Source: Octopus sinensis (Eukaryota). Taken from it: DNA of 64,000 nt. The DNA lies in NCBI RefSeq assembly GCF_006345805.1, contig NC_042999.1:6262001-6326000 (forward strand). The letters are read 5' to 3'. Every line of letters starts with the position of its first letter. The first letter of the stretch is position 1. Positions 1 to 12,294 of the stretch are shown piece after piece. A model generated the notes under the pieces. The model worked only from the letters and a program-made list of their open reading frames with translations. It was not told the origin of the DNA and ran no database searches. The translations under genes were made by a program, and so were the position numbers.

Positions 1-324
1 CCGACCAATGCCTTGTGAGTGGATTTGGTAGACGGAAACTGAAAGAAGCCTGTCGTATATATGTATATATATATACATATATGTGTGTGTGTGTGTTTGT
101 GTTTGTCCCCCTAGCATTGCTTGACAACCGATGCTGGTGTGTTTATGTCCCCGTCACTTAGCGGTTTGGCAAAAGAGACCGATAGAATAAGTACTGGGCT
201 TACAAAGAATAAGTCCCGGGGTCGATTTGCTCGACTAAAGGCGGTGCTCCAGCATGGCCGCAGTCAAATGACTGAAACAAGTAAAAGAGTAACTAAATCT
301 GTAGAAAAACAAGCAAAAACTCAC

Positions 325-435
325 CCTCGTCAACGTCATTGTCTTTGTTAACGACGTCTCCGGTGTTACTTTCTTCGTTTTCCTCTGCGATTGATCCATG
401 TTTTTTACTCCTTCTTCTTTTCTTTTTCTTTGAAA
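325..435 (-). CDS. Unidentified minus-strand gene, internal exon (basic/acidic module): (I)SKKKKRRRSKKHGSIAEENEESNTGDVVNKDNDVDE
   Basis: Acceptor tttctttcag, donor G|GTGAGT, 111 nt, phase 1-1, open frame joining the 2198-2314 exon. The gene continues beyond the window start. Confidence 0.8.
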
Positions 436-929
436 CTGAAAGAAACAATTCATTAAATTACCATCTCATCTCACCCACAGCCCCCCCCCCCCATTACCCA
501 TCGTAGATGGGGGAGCACTGGGAGTGAAGTGTGGACGACACCCTCCAGTCTCTTTTCCTTCATTGCTCCCACTGCTGCCACCCAGCCTTCTACCTCATTT
601 TCTCTCAATGTCCTCTCCCCTACACCATTTTTACCTCATCAATTTCCACCCTTCCCCAACAACAACAGCAATAACCACCACTACCACCACCACCATCATC
701 GTTTAATGTCCGTTTTCCATACTAGCATGGGTTGGACAGTTCAATTGGGGTATTTTGCAGAAAAATCTGTCAGTGGCCAGCAATGAGACTCGAACTCACA
801 TCCTTGTGATTATGCATCAAGTGTTTTACCTTTAAGCTAAACTGCCCGTGAATTTCCATAATACAAAAGGACAACAATTTTGCTTTAAATTTCTTTTCCT
901 TTTCTTTTATTTCTTAATCAAAATCAAAA

Positions 930-1300
930 GTGAAAATCAAAATTAAAATCGATCAACATCAATGGAAATTGTAGCTGTGATACCATAGCCGGTGGCACAT
1001 AAGAGAACCGTCGAACGTGGCCGTTGCCAGCGTCGTCCCGACTGGCTTCCATGCCGGTGGCATGTAAAAAGCACCATCCAATCATGGCCGTTAGCCAGCC
1101 TCAACTGGCACCTGTGCTGGTGGCACAAAAAAAGCACCCACTACACTCATGGAGTGGTTGGTGTTAGGAAGGGCATCCAGCCGTAGAAACATTGCCTGAT
1201 CAGACTGGGCCTGGTGCAGCCTTCTGGCTTCCCAGACCCCAGTTGCACCGTCCAACCCATGCCAGCATGGAAAGCGGACGCTAAATGATGATGATGATGA
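930..1300 (+). repeat. RTE-LINE 3'-tail repeat family (about 25 copies in the window, both strands); representative copy
   Basis: Shared ..gtaaaaagcacccactacactc..ggcgttaggaagggcatccagc..aaacgatgatgat. Other copies at about 1665, 2490, 3145, 5450, 8260, 22870, 26140, 26600, 35240, 35880, 37580, 40530, 43965, 45360, 48300, 49450, 49780, 54590, 55845. Matches the 3'UTR at 60600-60985. Confidence 0.9.
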
Positions 1301-2197
1301 TTGCTTCATATAATTTCATTTTAAGTTTTATAAATATTTTTTTCCTGTATGAAATTAGTATTAATTTCATCATTTTGAATAAATGCCAAGAAATTTTGCT
1401 AAATGTTAAACCCTATTCATCATAAGTATACTATCACCTGATTGACCAGACTATTGGATCTTGTCATACCTCACTGGTCACAATGCACTTTGCATCATTT
1501 TAGCTTCCAAATGATGCCACCCCATTGGCTAAGTGAACAGGCTAATATTCCTCCTGATCAGAAGACCAGTCCATTGCAGCGTTACCCATTCAGAGTTTGT
1601 ATTACCCATGGTGGCAAAATTATACTCCTAAAGTTGACTGACGTAAGACGAGTAACTCTAATCATCATCATCATCATCGTTTAACGTCCGTTTTCCGCGC
1701 TAGCAAGGGTTGGACGGTTCGACCGGGGTCTGGGAAGCCAGGGGCTGCACCAGGCTCCAGTCTGATTTGGCAGTGTTTCTACGGCTGGATGCCCTTCCTA
1801 ACGCCAACCACTCCACAAGTGTAGTGGGTGCTTTTTACGTGCCACCTGCACAGGGGCCAGGGGGGGTCTGGCATCGGCCACGATCGGTTGGTGATTTTAA
1901 CGTGCCACCGGCACAGAAGCCAGTCGAGGCGGCGCTGGCATCGGCCACGTTCGGGTGGTGCTTTTTATGTGCCACCGGCAAAGAAGCCAGTCGAGGCGGC
2001 GCTGGCAACGGCCACGTTCAGATGGTGCCTTTTATGTGCCACCGGCACAGGTATCACAACTACTAGAAAAAAATCAAAAAAAAAAGATTAACTAAAAGAA
2101 TGCATTTCTCACCACAGTAACTAATTAGAAAAAAAACAAACAAAACATCAATTCCTTGAAAATGTATAAAAAGGGTAACGAAAAAACAACAACTCAC

Positions 2198-2314
2198 TGC
2201 CTTCCTCATCATTCTCTTCAGTCTCAGCAATAACAGTATCGTCATTCTCATCTGCTTGAGATTCCTTTTGCTGTTTACTTTTCCTCTTCTTTTTCTTCCG
2301 ACTCTTATCCATAT
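2198..2314 (-). CDS. Unidentified minus-strand gene, internal exon: (D)MDKSRKKKKRKSKQQKESQADENDDTVIAETEENDEEG
   Basis: Acceptor ttttgttcag, donor A|GTGAGT, 117 nt, phase 1-1; overlaps ORF 2148..2330. Confidence 0.82.
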
Positions 2315-4033
2315 CTGAACAAAATAACACAACAAATCACACTTTAATTAATTTGACAACTTCATAATGTATATCAACATCATCTTTATTAGACTTCATC
2401 AATTCATTCGTTACAGGGTTCCTTCATTCATTTTACAAACAGCTGGTCCAATATCCTGGCAAAGTAAGTCCTTAACAAACACTTGGAGATTTGCATTTAC
2501 CATTAAGCCTTTTGGCATCCATAATATTCGCATAGCCCCAGCCCATCCAAAGTACCTTCGATTGCAGAATGACCTTCTGTGCTTACCTTGGATCGTAGGG
2601 TGACCTGCTGTGCTTGAGGAGACCTATTGAGTCAAGTACATCAACATCAAAAAATCAACTGGAAATTGTAGTTGTGATCCCTGTGCCAGTGGCACATAAA
2701 AAGCACCATCCGAACGTGGCCGATGCCGGCGCTGCCTTGACTGGCTTCTGTTCTGGTGGCATGTAAAAAGTACCAACCGATCGTGGCCGATGCCAGGTTC
2801 TCCCTGGCACCTGTACCGGCGGCACGTAAAAAGCACCCACTACACTCACAGTGGTTGGCGTTAGGAAGGGCATCCAGCTGTAGAAACACTGCCAGATCAG
2901 ATTGGAGTCTGGTTTGCCAGACCTCAGTCAAATTGTCCAACCCATGCTAGCATGGAAAGCGGACGTCAAATGATGATGATGATGTAGAAACACTGTGGTG
3001 TGTTGTGAATGCATTGTATGAAAGGAGAAGTTATTTTCTGAAGACAAAATACAAAAGTGATTGGCATGTTCATGTTCAAATCTGCCCAAATATATTAAGA
3101 AATGAATACGTACATCATTGTTTTGATTTTCTCTCTTCTCTATGCATCATCATCATCGTTTAACGTCCGCTTTCCATGCTAGCATGGGTTGGACGATTTG
3201 ACTGAGGTCTGGTGAACCAGACTCCAATCTGATCCGGCAGAGTTTCTACAGCTGGATGCCCTTCCTAACGCCAACCACTCCAAGAGTGTAGTGGGTGCCT
3301 TTTACATGCCACCGGCACGGGGGCCAGTCAGGCGGTACTGGCAATGGCCTCGCTTGAATCTTTTTACACATGGCACCGGCACAAGTGCCAGTAAGGCGAT
3401 GTTGGTAACGATCACGCTCGAATGGTGCCCTTTTACGTGCCACCGACACAGAAGCCAGTTGGCTGCTCTGGCAACGATCACACTCGGATGGTGCTCTTTG
3501 CACCCCACCAGCACGGATGCCAGACATCGAACTTGATTTTGATTTCACTTGCCTAAACAGGTCTTCGCAAGCAGAGTTTAGTGTCCAAAGAAGGAAAAGG
3601 TACGCATAAGCGGGCTGGTTACGCTCCTGGCATAGGCCACAGGTTATGGTCATAGGATGATATATTAAGTGCATAATGCTTCTACTTTTATAAAGTATAT
3701 TACATATAAATTTGGTTTCTGTATCTGGTTTGCAAGATTCTTTATGTGAATTTGCGTGTTGAAGCAAATCTTGTTGTGTGTGTATGTGGAGGGTGGGGGG
3801 GTCATGTTGTCTTAATGCCTTATCTAACACACTCATTTCTCAGAAAGATCTTCTACCTCTTCTCTAACTATACAACTCCAAAGTGATGCGTCATTCAATT
3901 AGTTACTTCATCATTTCTCATGTAGGTTAGACATTTGTTTATTAATTAATATGAACAACGATGATAATGATGATGGTGGTGTTGGTGGTGGTTGCAAAAC
4001 TAATCAAATAAAATTTGACTGGATATTATCGTA

Positions 4034-4446
4034 CGAAGGTAATCCCAAAAAGTAAGGTCTCCAAAGTGCTGGGGACGCAAGGAAACTGTGTGTGCAGCTA
4101 TTGGCAGCACTGTTGTGTTTGGTGAGCATGCGCCTCAGCCTGGCCCTGCATGCCCTTCTGCCTGGCCCTGCATGCACCTCTGCCTGGCTTTGCATGCGCC
4201 TCTGCCTGGCCCTGCATGCACCTCATGCGCCTCTGCCTGGCCTTGCATGCGCCTCTGCCTGGCCCCGCATGCACCTTGCTGCCGTGTGCAGTCTTGGCTT
4301 GGCAGTTGTATCTGATGGAGCTCCTGATTGCAAAGTTTGTGCAACTATTCGGTTTTTGAACGCAAAAGGCATTAAACATCATTGACAATAAGCGTTTCTG
4401 TGATTTCTAAATATTTTGGGGGACCTTACTTTTGGGATTACCCTCG
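4034..4446. mobile_element. Mariner-like MITE with internal 22-bp minisatellite
   Basis: TA TSD; TIR cgaaggtaatcccaaaaagtaaggtc / gaccttacttttgggattaccctcg; about 6.5 copies of CATGCGCCTCTGCCTGGCCCTG at 4127-4276. Confidence 0.8.
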
Positions 4447-4548
4447 TATTTTAAAATTAGTGAGACAAATGTAACAAAATACATTAGAAAAGAAACCGCC
4501 ATTAGTGTTCACTGATTGATGATAGAACTGGACATGGCTGACCGTTAC

Positions 4549-4677
4549 CTTCAATTCCATTTTCTACATTTAAAACCATTTCTAAATAGTCCTCATAGTT
4601 TACATTAGCTTCACTATTCTTATTCATCTCTGGACTGTCTTCAACGTGTGCGCCACCATTGTGTTGCCGATCAGTGG
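4549..4677 (-). CDS. Unidentified minus-strand gene, internal exon: (A)TDRQHNGGAHVEDSPEMNKNSEANVNYEDYLEMVLNVENGIE
   Basis: Acceptor atatttgcag, donor AAG|GTAACG, 129 nt, phase 1-1; overlaps ORF 4502..4732. Confidence 0.8.
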
Positions 4678-4767
4678 CTGCAAATATAACACGGTAATTG
4701 ATGGAGAGCATCGAGGAAAGAAATATCTTCACTTCAGTCCAGTTAACAACGGTAGGAGTTTCTTTAA

Positions 4768-4875
4768 CCCTTTAGCATTTAACCCTTTAACCATATCCGG
4801 CCCAAATTTTCTACTTCTTTTATGTTCAAACCGTCCAGATCTGGCCTCTCACTCATATCCTACAATGCTAAAGGG
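4768..4875. mobile_element. piggyBac-like MITE (short family)
   Basis: TTAA|CCCTTTAGCAT ... ATGCTAAAGGG|TTAA. A related longer copy lies at about 39660-40197, split by a SINE. Confidence 0.7.
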
Positions 4876-6677
4876 TTAAGGAATCAAACTGTGAAACGAA
4901 CTAAACTCTAAGGAGTAAAGTCTAACGGTAAGAACAAATACGTTATACACTACGCAAACTGTAAGAAGAAAAAGAAAATGAGTGCATGGGAAACAAAATA
5001 CAATACCCTGTGAAGTCATGAGTTCAATACTTGGTGGTGCATTACACCCTTGAGCAAAGCACTTTATTTCATGTTGCTCCACACAGCTCAGATGGCAAAA
5101 ATGAGTTGCACCTGTATTTTGAAGGGCCAGCCTTGTCGCATTCTGTGTCACACTGAATCTTCCTGAGAACTATATTAAGGGTACCTGTGTCTGTGGAGTG
5201 CTCAGCCACTTGCATGTCAATTCTACAAGCAAACTGCTCTGTTGATCGGATTTATTGGAACACTTATCGTAACTGATGGAGTTCCACTTTAATGGGGACG
5301 CACATCTAATGGACCCTTCTTGCTAGCTTCAGTTTTTTAAAATTAGTTTTTGTACACCAAACATCGACGCCACAGTATCAATTCTTGACTGATGGATTAT
5401 AACAAATATAACTTGTCCATTTACAGGAACTATCACAAAAATCTGTTCATCATCATCATCGTTTAACATCCATTTTCCATGCTGGCACGGGTTGGCCAGT
5501 TCAACTGGGGTCTGGGAAGCCAGGAGGCTGCACCAGGCACCAATCTGCTCTGGCAAGGTTTCTACAGCTGGATGCCCTTCCTAATGCCAACCACTCTGAG
5601 AGTGCGTTTTATGTGCCACCGGCATGGGGGCCAGCCGGGCAGGCCTGGATCGATCACGTTCAGATGGTGCTTTTATACGTGCCACCGGCACAAGAGCCAG
5701 TCAGGGGACACTGGCATAGACCACGTTTGGATGGTGCTTTTACATGCCACCGGAATGGGAGCCAGTAAGGGGGCTACGATTTGGGTCTTCTCAAGTATAT
5801 CCTATTGCCCGACGCATCAAGGGTACTCTTAAATGGGCTGGACATGCAACACTGGCATCGGCCATGGCCGAAATCTCACTTTAGCTGCCGGGTTTTCCCA
5901 ATCACAGCATATCTCCAAAGGTTTCAGTCTCCTGTCTTTGACTCTGTGAGGCCTAATTTATCCATACTCTGGTGTTGGTTATTTAAAACAATTATTTTGT
6001 ACAGAAATTGGTTTTAATCTGCAGTCTCCAAAAATTAATGCTTATCAATGGGTTGAATGTCAGTCAACAAATAAGATAGAAATGTTTTGTTAGATATAAT
6101 ACAGACAAAACAAAATTAAGTTCATGAAATCACCATTTTCTACAGAACAGAAATTGTTTCAGGGATGGATTCTATCACCCTGAAATAATTCCTTGCAGTC
6201 TGACTGAACTTTACCATTAAGTGTGTTGGTCATGGATTGGATTGGATTGCTTGTGCTCAGTCCACTGCAGAGCAAAGAGCTCAGCATGTTCTCTCCATCA
6301 ACCACAGTCTGATGTCGAGGCCATGAATCTGAGCTTCAGATCACACTGGTTTGATGAACCTACTCTGCCACACTGGTTCGACAGAGAGGTGCAGCCTTTT
6401 TTTTTTATACTCTTACCCAGGAGTAGCTAAGTCAATTACATCAACCCCCAGTACTCAACTGGTACTTATTTTATCGACCTCCAAAAATGACGAAAGTCAA
6501 AATTCAACCTCAGTGGAATTTGAACTCAGAACAGATGTGCTAACAGATGTACCAGCTTGTTGCCTATGATATTACTGGTATCAAAATACAAGCAGAGTAA
6601 AATAGGAATGGATGGGCAAAAAATGGTTGAGAACAATCCATGTAAACTATCGCAATAACTCTTTACTTCTTCTTTAA

Positions 6678-7107
6678 CCCTTTTGATATTAACCTGGTTG
6701 AATTTGCCCCTGGCTCTGTAGTACAGATGTCTTATTTTCATAAGTTCTGAATTAAAATCTTCCACCAAACCTTAGTCACAATTTATGTTCCTAACACTAG
6801 CTGAACGATAACGAAGTTATTTTACTAAATTCTTTGTTATATTTAAAATTAATTGAAAGAAACACAGAGCATCTCAAAATAAATACAGTAACGAAAGGGT
6901 GTCTCCATGATATTTTTAACCCTTTCATTACCAACCTGGCTGAAACCACCTCTAGTTCTGAGTACAAATGTCTTGTTTTCATAGTCACAATTTATGTTCC
7001 TAACACTAGCCTAATGATAACTAAGTTATTTTACTAAATTCTTTGTTATATTTAAAGTCATTGAAAGTAACACAGAGCATCTCAACAGAAATACGGTAAC
7101 GGAAGGG
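6678..7107. mobile_element. Two adjacent piggyBac-like MITEs (6678-6899, 6920-7107)
   Basis: TTAA|CCCTTT..TTAC ... GTAAC..AAGGG|TTAA ends. Same family at 17330-17480(-), 41044-41264, 52433-52651, 63875-64000. Confidence 0.8.
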
Positions 7108-7254
7108 TTAACACAGAAAAACTTACAGGGCATACACGGATAAGTTATGACTCATTACTGATGTGATTCATTCAGAATTACAGGTTACTAACTTGAAAAC
7201 CATAAAAACGTGATTTGTAAAAATACAGGAGGAGGGGACAAGTGAATGACTTAC

Positions 7255-7322
7255 CATTAGCAGGAGGGGTCTCAGAAGACATGTCTTGCGTTTCTGATGT
7301 ATCACCAGGTTTTAAAAAGTAA
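7255..7322 (-). CDS. Unidentified minus-strand gene, internal exon: YFLKPGDTSETQDMSSETPPAN
   Basis: Acceptor ttctcaaacag, donor ATG|GTAAGT, 68 nt, phase 2-1, in frame with the 4549-4677 exon. Confidence 0.72.
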
Positions 7323-7387
7323 CTGTTTGAGAAACAAAATACAAGAATTTATGAGTGCACATGTAAAAAGGTTTGTGTACGTGTTAT

Positions 7388-7424
<37 letters not shown>

Positions 7425-8875
7425 ATATATATATATAAAATAGTAATAATAATAATTTGAGGGAATATTATTCCTAACTTACAGGGAAAAATTCAATTTA
7501 GAAATACTAAATCAAATTTCACAAAATATAATATATATATATATGAAAATTAGAAAAAAAACACTTTTTATCAATTCAAAATGAACAATTAAATTACACC
7601 ATCTAGAAAATTACATATAATAGAAATATAAAAAATAAAATAACAATAACATACTGATGATTAAGTAAATTGCAAAATAATAATAAAAACGTATAATAAA
7701 ACATATAATAAAAACTGTGTGGCACCTTGGGCAAGTGTCTTCTACTATAGCCCCGGGCCGACCAATGCCTTGTGAGTGGATTTTGTAGACGGAAACTGAA
7801 AGAAGCCCATCGTATGTATGTATATATATGTGTTTGTGTGTCTGTGTTTGTCCCCCTAGCGTTGCTTGACAACCGATGCTGGTGTGTTTATGTCCCCGTC
7901 ACTTAGCGGTTTGGCAAAAGAGACCGATAGAATAAGTACTGGGCTTACAAAGAATAAGTCCCGGGGTCTAGTAGCTCAACTAAAGGTGGTGCTCCAGCAT
8001 GGCCGCAGTCAAATGACTGAAACAAGTAAAAGAGTAAAGAGTATATTTGTGTGTGTGTATATATATATATGTATATACACACACACATCATCATCATCAT
8101 CAAGCATCTGTTTTCCATGCTAGCATGGGTTGGATAGGTTGGCAGGATCCATCAAGCTCTGTCTACTTTTGCTTGGTTTCTACAGCTGGATGTCTTTCTT
8201 AATGCTTTATATACACACACACACACACACACACACAATATATATGAATATATATCAGGCATTGGACCTCACGGAGGAAAATGGTTGAGTTCCTTTCATG
8301 TGTTGGACCTCATGGAGGCAATGACCGAGACCTTTGGCATTATGTCGTGCCTAAAAAGAAGACCCATCAAGCTGAGCAGAATCACAGCCAAGGCAGATAC
8401 TGGTGTCATGCAAATGGCACCTGTGCCAGTGGCATGTAGAAGCACACATTACACTCTCAGAGTGGTTGGCATTAGGAAGGGCATCCAGCCATAGAAACTA
8501 CGCCAGATCAGACTGGGGTCTGGTGCAGCCTTCCAGCTTACCAGCGCGGGTGGGTGGGGGAGGGGCCTCGGAAAATTCACATCTTCAGTCCATGGCCTTT
8601 AAACTATAGTGTTTGACCCGGGCCGGAAAAAATTTTTTAAATTGTGTAATTGGTGTAAAACTATTTGTTCTAAATGATTATCAAGAACACACACAAAGAG
8701 AAATGCTTGGTTCAAGGCAAGTGTGCATTGAACTGAATTTAAATAAGCAAGAAAGATATTATCAAAGAAAAGGCCATAGCACCATCTTTAGTATCTGTTG
8801 TTGTTATTATTATTATGGAGTTGAATGTGTGTGTGTGTGTGTGGTGAAGTTATCAATATCAATAGATTAACTAAC

Positions 8876-8939
8876 ACCATCGAAGTGAAATAATAGTTTC
8901 TATACTTTTTGGTTTGGCACTGCTGAAGTGAGTCAAAGA
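8876..8939 (-). CDS. Unidentified minus-strand gene, short internal exon: (I)FDSLQQCQTKKYRNYYFTSM(V); donor uncertain (8876 or 8906)
   Basis: Long polypyrimidine acceptor ending ttgtattacag. Two in-phase donor candidates (GTTAGT, GTATAG), both phase 1-2. Confidence 0.55.
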
Positions 8940-9712
8940 CTGTAATACAAGTCAGAAGAAAAAAAGAAAAAGAAAGGAAAATGCGATAGCCATAACAGTA
9001 AAGAAATAAGACCTCCCCTGAACAGTAACCCTTGTGTTTAAAGTCTCCCTCACAAAAAGAAGAGAGGTTGTTTGGCTATGGACTACATTGGTCTTTACAT
9101 GTTGTGCTTTAGCCGCTATTTACACTATTTTTTTTTGTTTTTGTGCCCGGGTCAGACGCTTTCGGAAATGTGAATTTTCCGAGGCCTCTCCCCTTTCGCG
9201 AGCGCGCATTTTTTTTGTCGTATTCGTTTAGAGGAAGTTTTTACACTTATTGCACTATTTTTTGGGGGGTTTTTTTATGATCGGGTTAAACGCTTTAGTT
9301 TATTTTGTTTTATTTACTTTGCTAGGTAATCGTTGTAGGATCGACTAGTCACGACTAGCTAGCGCGGATGCGCGAGTACGCGCACCGGGACCACTCTTCT
9401 TAAGTAGTACCCAATTTCATTAAAAAAAATATCTGAAAGTTACGGAAAAACGAAGTCCGGGTGGGGGCACACGAGTTCGCCATATGCGACCACGGGCTCC
9501 AAAAATATAACATCTTTATGTTTTACTTGTTCCACTCATTGAACTGCGGCCATGCTGGGGCTTCGCCTTGAAGTGTTTAATCGAACAAATCCATCCCGAT
9601 ACCTGTTTTTGAAGTTTGGTTCAGAAGAGTAGTTTCCCCGAACCGCCACGTAACAGTGACTTCGTAAACAAATTCATATCAGCCGCCCAGCGAATGAAGG
9701 GGTAACAAACAC

Positions 9713-10085
9713 AAAGGCGCAGGGGTGGTTGTGTGGTAAGTAGCTTGCTAACCAACCACATGGTTCCGGGTTCAGTCCCACTGCGTGGCATCTTGGGCAA
9801 GTGTCTTCTGCTATAGCCCCGGGCCGACCATTGCCTTGTGAGTGGATTTGGTAGACGGAAACTGAAAGAAGCCTGTCGTATATATGTATATATCTGTGTT
9901 TGTCCCCCTAGCATTGCTTGACAACCGATGCTGGTGTGTTTACGTCCCCGTTACTTAGCGGTTCGGCAAAAGAGACCGATAGAATAAGTACTGGGTTTAC
10001 AAAGAATAAGTCCCGGGGTCGATTTGCTCGACTAAAGGCGGTGCTCCAGCATGACCGCAGTCAAATGACTGAAACAAGTAAAAGG
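9713..10085 (+). mobile_element. tRNA-derived SINE family A, full-length representative
   Basis: tRNA-like head (gtggttgtgtgg..gggttcagtccc), central gggcaagtgtcttc..ggaaactgaaagaagcc, TA/TG microsatellite, tail ..gactgaaacaagtaaaag. Copies at 1-290, 7714, 18475(-), 37120, 42870, 43350(-), 44250(-), 44450, 45890(-), 47420(-), 58857. Confidence 0.9.
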
Positions 10086-10641
10086 AATACACACACACAC
10101 ACGATGGCCTTCCACACACAGCTTCTGCCTACCAAATCCACTTACAGAGCATCGGTTGGCCCAGGGCTATAAGTTGAAGACACAGCGATCCTGCAATATT
10201 GGTATACAGAGTGTCGGTATAAAGAAACGACAATATTCACACTCTTTTTCAGCCTAGATAAATTGCCCAAGGTGCCGCGGAGTGGGACCGAATCCCAAAA
10301 CAAAAAAAAAACATGGTTGTAAAAAGCCAGCTCGTTAACCACACAGTCCGTGCCCGCGCCGAAGCAAGTGCTCACACTGTAACTATGATCAATTTCAAGT
10401 CGTCGAAATAGACATCGCACTTGTATCAGAGCATCATACACACACACACACATATGGCGATCTTTCGTGGCAAGAACACTACAAACACTACTAGCGAACA
10501 GGGGTCCCGGTGCGTGCACTCGCGCATCCTACAACGACTTGCACGTGTTTGTATTTCAAGGCTGAATACATATTAAAGAAAATTTAATAATATTTTTCGA
10601 ACAAAGTAAATAAAACGCAAAGTAAATAATTTTTTAAAACA

Positions 10642-10690
<49 letters not shown>

Positions 10691-10691
10691 A

Positions 10692-10734
10692 TATTTCTGA
10701 TGAAACTACAGGAGTAGTTGAAAGCGCTAATATG
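10692..10734 (+). ncRNA. Minimal type-I hammerhead ribozyme motif (Penelope-like type)
   Basis: CTGATGA (10697-10703), perfect helix II AACTAC-agga-GTAGTT, GAAA, palindromic GCGC, then TA. Helix I has 4 of 5 pairs. Confidence 0.8.
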
Positions 10735-10922
10735 AAGAAATAATATGTGATATGTAAATAAATATATATTTTTACAACCCTCCAGCATTCTGAACACCTT
10801 TTTTCTTACACACACATATATATATATATATATATTGTTTGATTTTATGTTCTCGTCTCTCGTTGTGTTCTACGTTTATTTGTGGTGTCCTGTACTCATA
10901 TATATATATTATATATGTATAC

Positions 10923-11037
10923 ATTTATTTTATAGAAGGAGCTTCTACAGGACTAGAACTGTTTCATTCAAATGAAATCTGATTTCATTTGAATGAAACA
11001 GTTCTAGTCCTGTAGAAGCTCCTTCTATAAAATAAAT
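10923..11037. repeat. Perfect palindrome, 57-bp arms, 1-nt spacer
   Basis: 10923-10979 is the exact reverse complement of 10981-11037. Confidence 0.97.
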
Positions 11038-12294
11038 TAATTTACTCTGCTATGTATTGAGTACTTTATTTACTGTGGTTAACCCCGACTCAACCCGGGA
11101 CCTACATATATATGTATACATGTAGATGTAAGTATGTACATATATGTATGTATATATGCATATATTTTATTTACTTATTATATTACTATATGACCGAACG
11201 CACGCGTTATTTCTCTATTTCTCTTCTCCAAGTTTTTATATATATAATATATATATACATATATATATTAGACTGCTTCAGTGAGGTGAAATGAAAAAAA
11301 AAAAAAAAAGATATGAAAAACAAGAGAATATATTTAAACATTCGAAATGAGGGCGGCAGTTGAGGGAAACTGCACGTGGGCACTTCATCGTGCAAGTGCC
11401 CGCTGGCTTTACATTTCATAGAGGTTCATTATAAAAAGTATATACTAGCTAATATATTTTATCATAACATAAATGTTCAATTTAAACGATGATCTACACA
11501 AGTCTTGGAGTCTATAAAAAATTTAAATTTGTTACAAATCTGAAGAAATGTAATTTAAAGGGAAAAAATAAAAAATATTGCCATAGTTTGGGGAAATAAT
11601 TTATCCTTAAAAAAAAAACACAATTAAAAATCCATCGGGGCGAAATAATATGGTAAATATTATTTCCGATTATTTATATTTTACTTGTTTTCAGTCGTTG
11701 GAGTAAGTACGGCCATACTGGAGCACTGCCTTGAAGGGGGTTTTAAGTCGAATAAATTGATCTGAGGACGGATAACTATTTCTATATCACAAATCTAATG
11801 TTAAGCTGTAATTCGGGGAGTAATACAATAACAAAGTTGGTGATTAAGGGGGAAATTCGATGAGAGAAATGGTAATTGTGAATAGAGACAGAGTTTGAAT
11901 GTGTCGGGTATTAAACGGTTATCATCGACGGAAAGCGAAACAGTCGTTATTTCATCGGTGTATGTTCGTAATTTATATTATTGAATGTTCCCAGAAACTC
12001 GACAATATCTGGCGTTTGTAAATAAACCCACATCAAATGAATTAAAAGGACTGATTGTGTAAAGATGTTCTTCTTCTTACCTTTGCAAAAATCGTTGACA
12101 TCAATTTCAAAAAAGTTAAATAAAGCAATAAAAAAAACAGCAGCTTCCGGTACCAATACTTACCTCCCTTGAAACGCGACTGCTAGAAACAGCAGCCAAA
12201 TCTTAACTTACTGTCTTAATACGGGAAGGACGTATTGAATAATGATCTAGATTAGGGGTGCCGTACGTCCGAATTTTCCAGGATATGTTCGGTA

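Noticed and set aside
930-2065. Regularly spaced repeats resembling a CRISPR array
   Set aside because: Eukaryotic context, the spacers are similar to one another, no cas genes; these are LINE 3'UTR tandem units.
3246-3836. 196-aa minus-strand ORF
   Set aside because: Mostly a read-through of the RTE 3'UTR repeat plus AT-rich flank; no domain motif.
4088-4388. Several overlapping ORFs with repeated peptides
   Set aside because: Produced by the 22-bp minisatellite inside a MITE.
7650-7685. CTGATGA resembling another hammerhead core
   Set aside because: No convincing helix II, and GAAA is absent.
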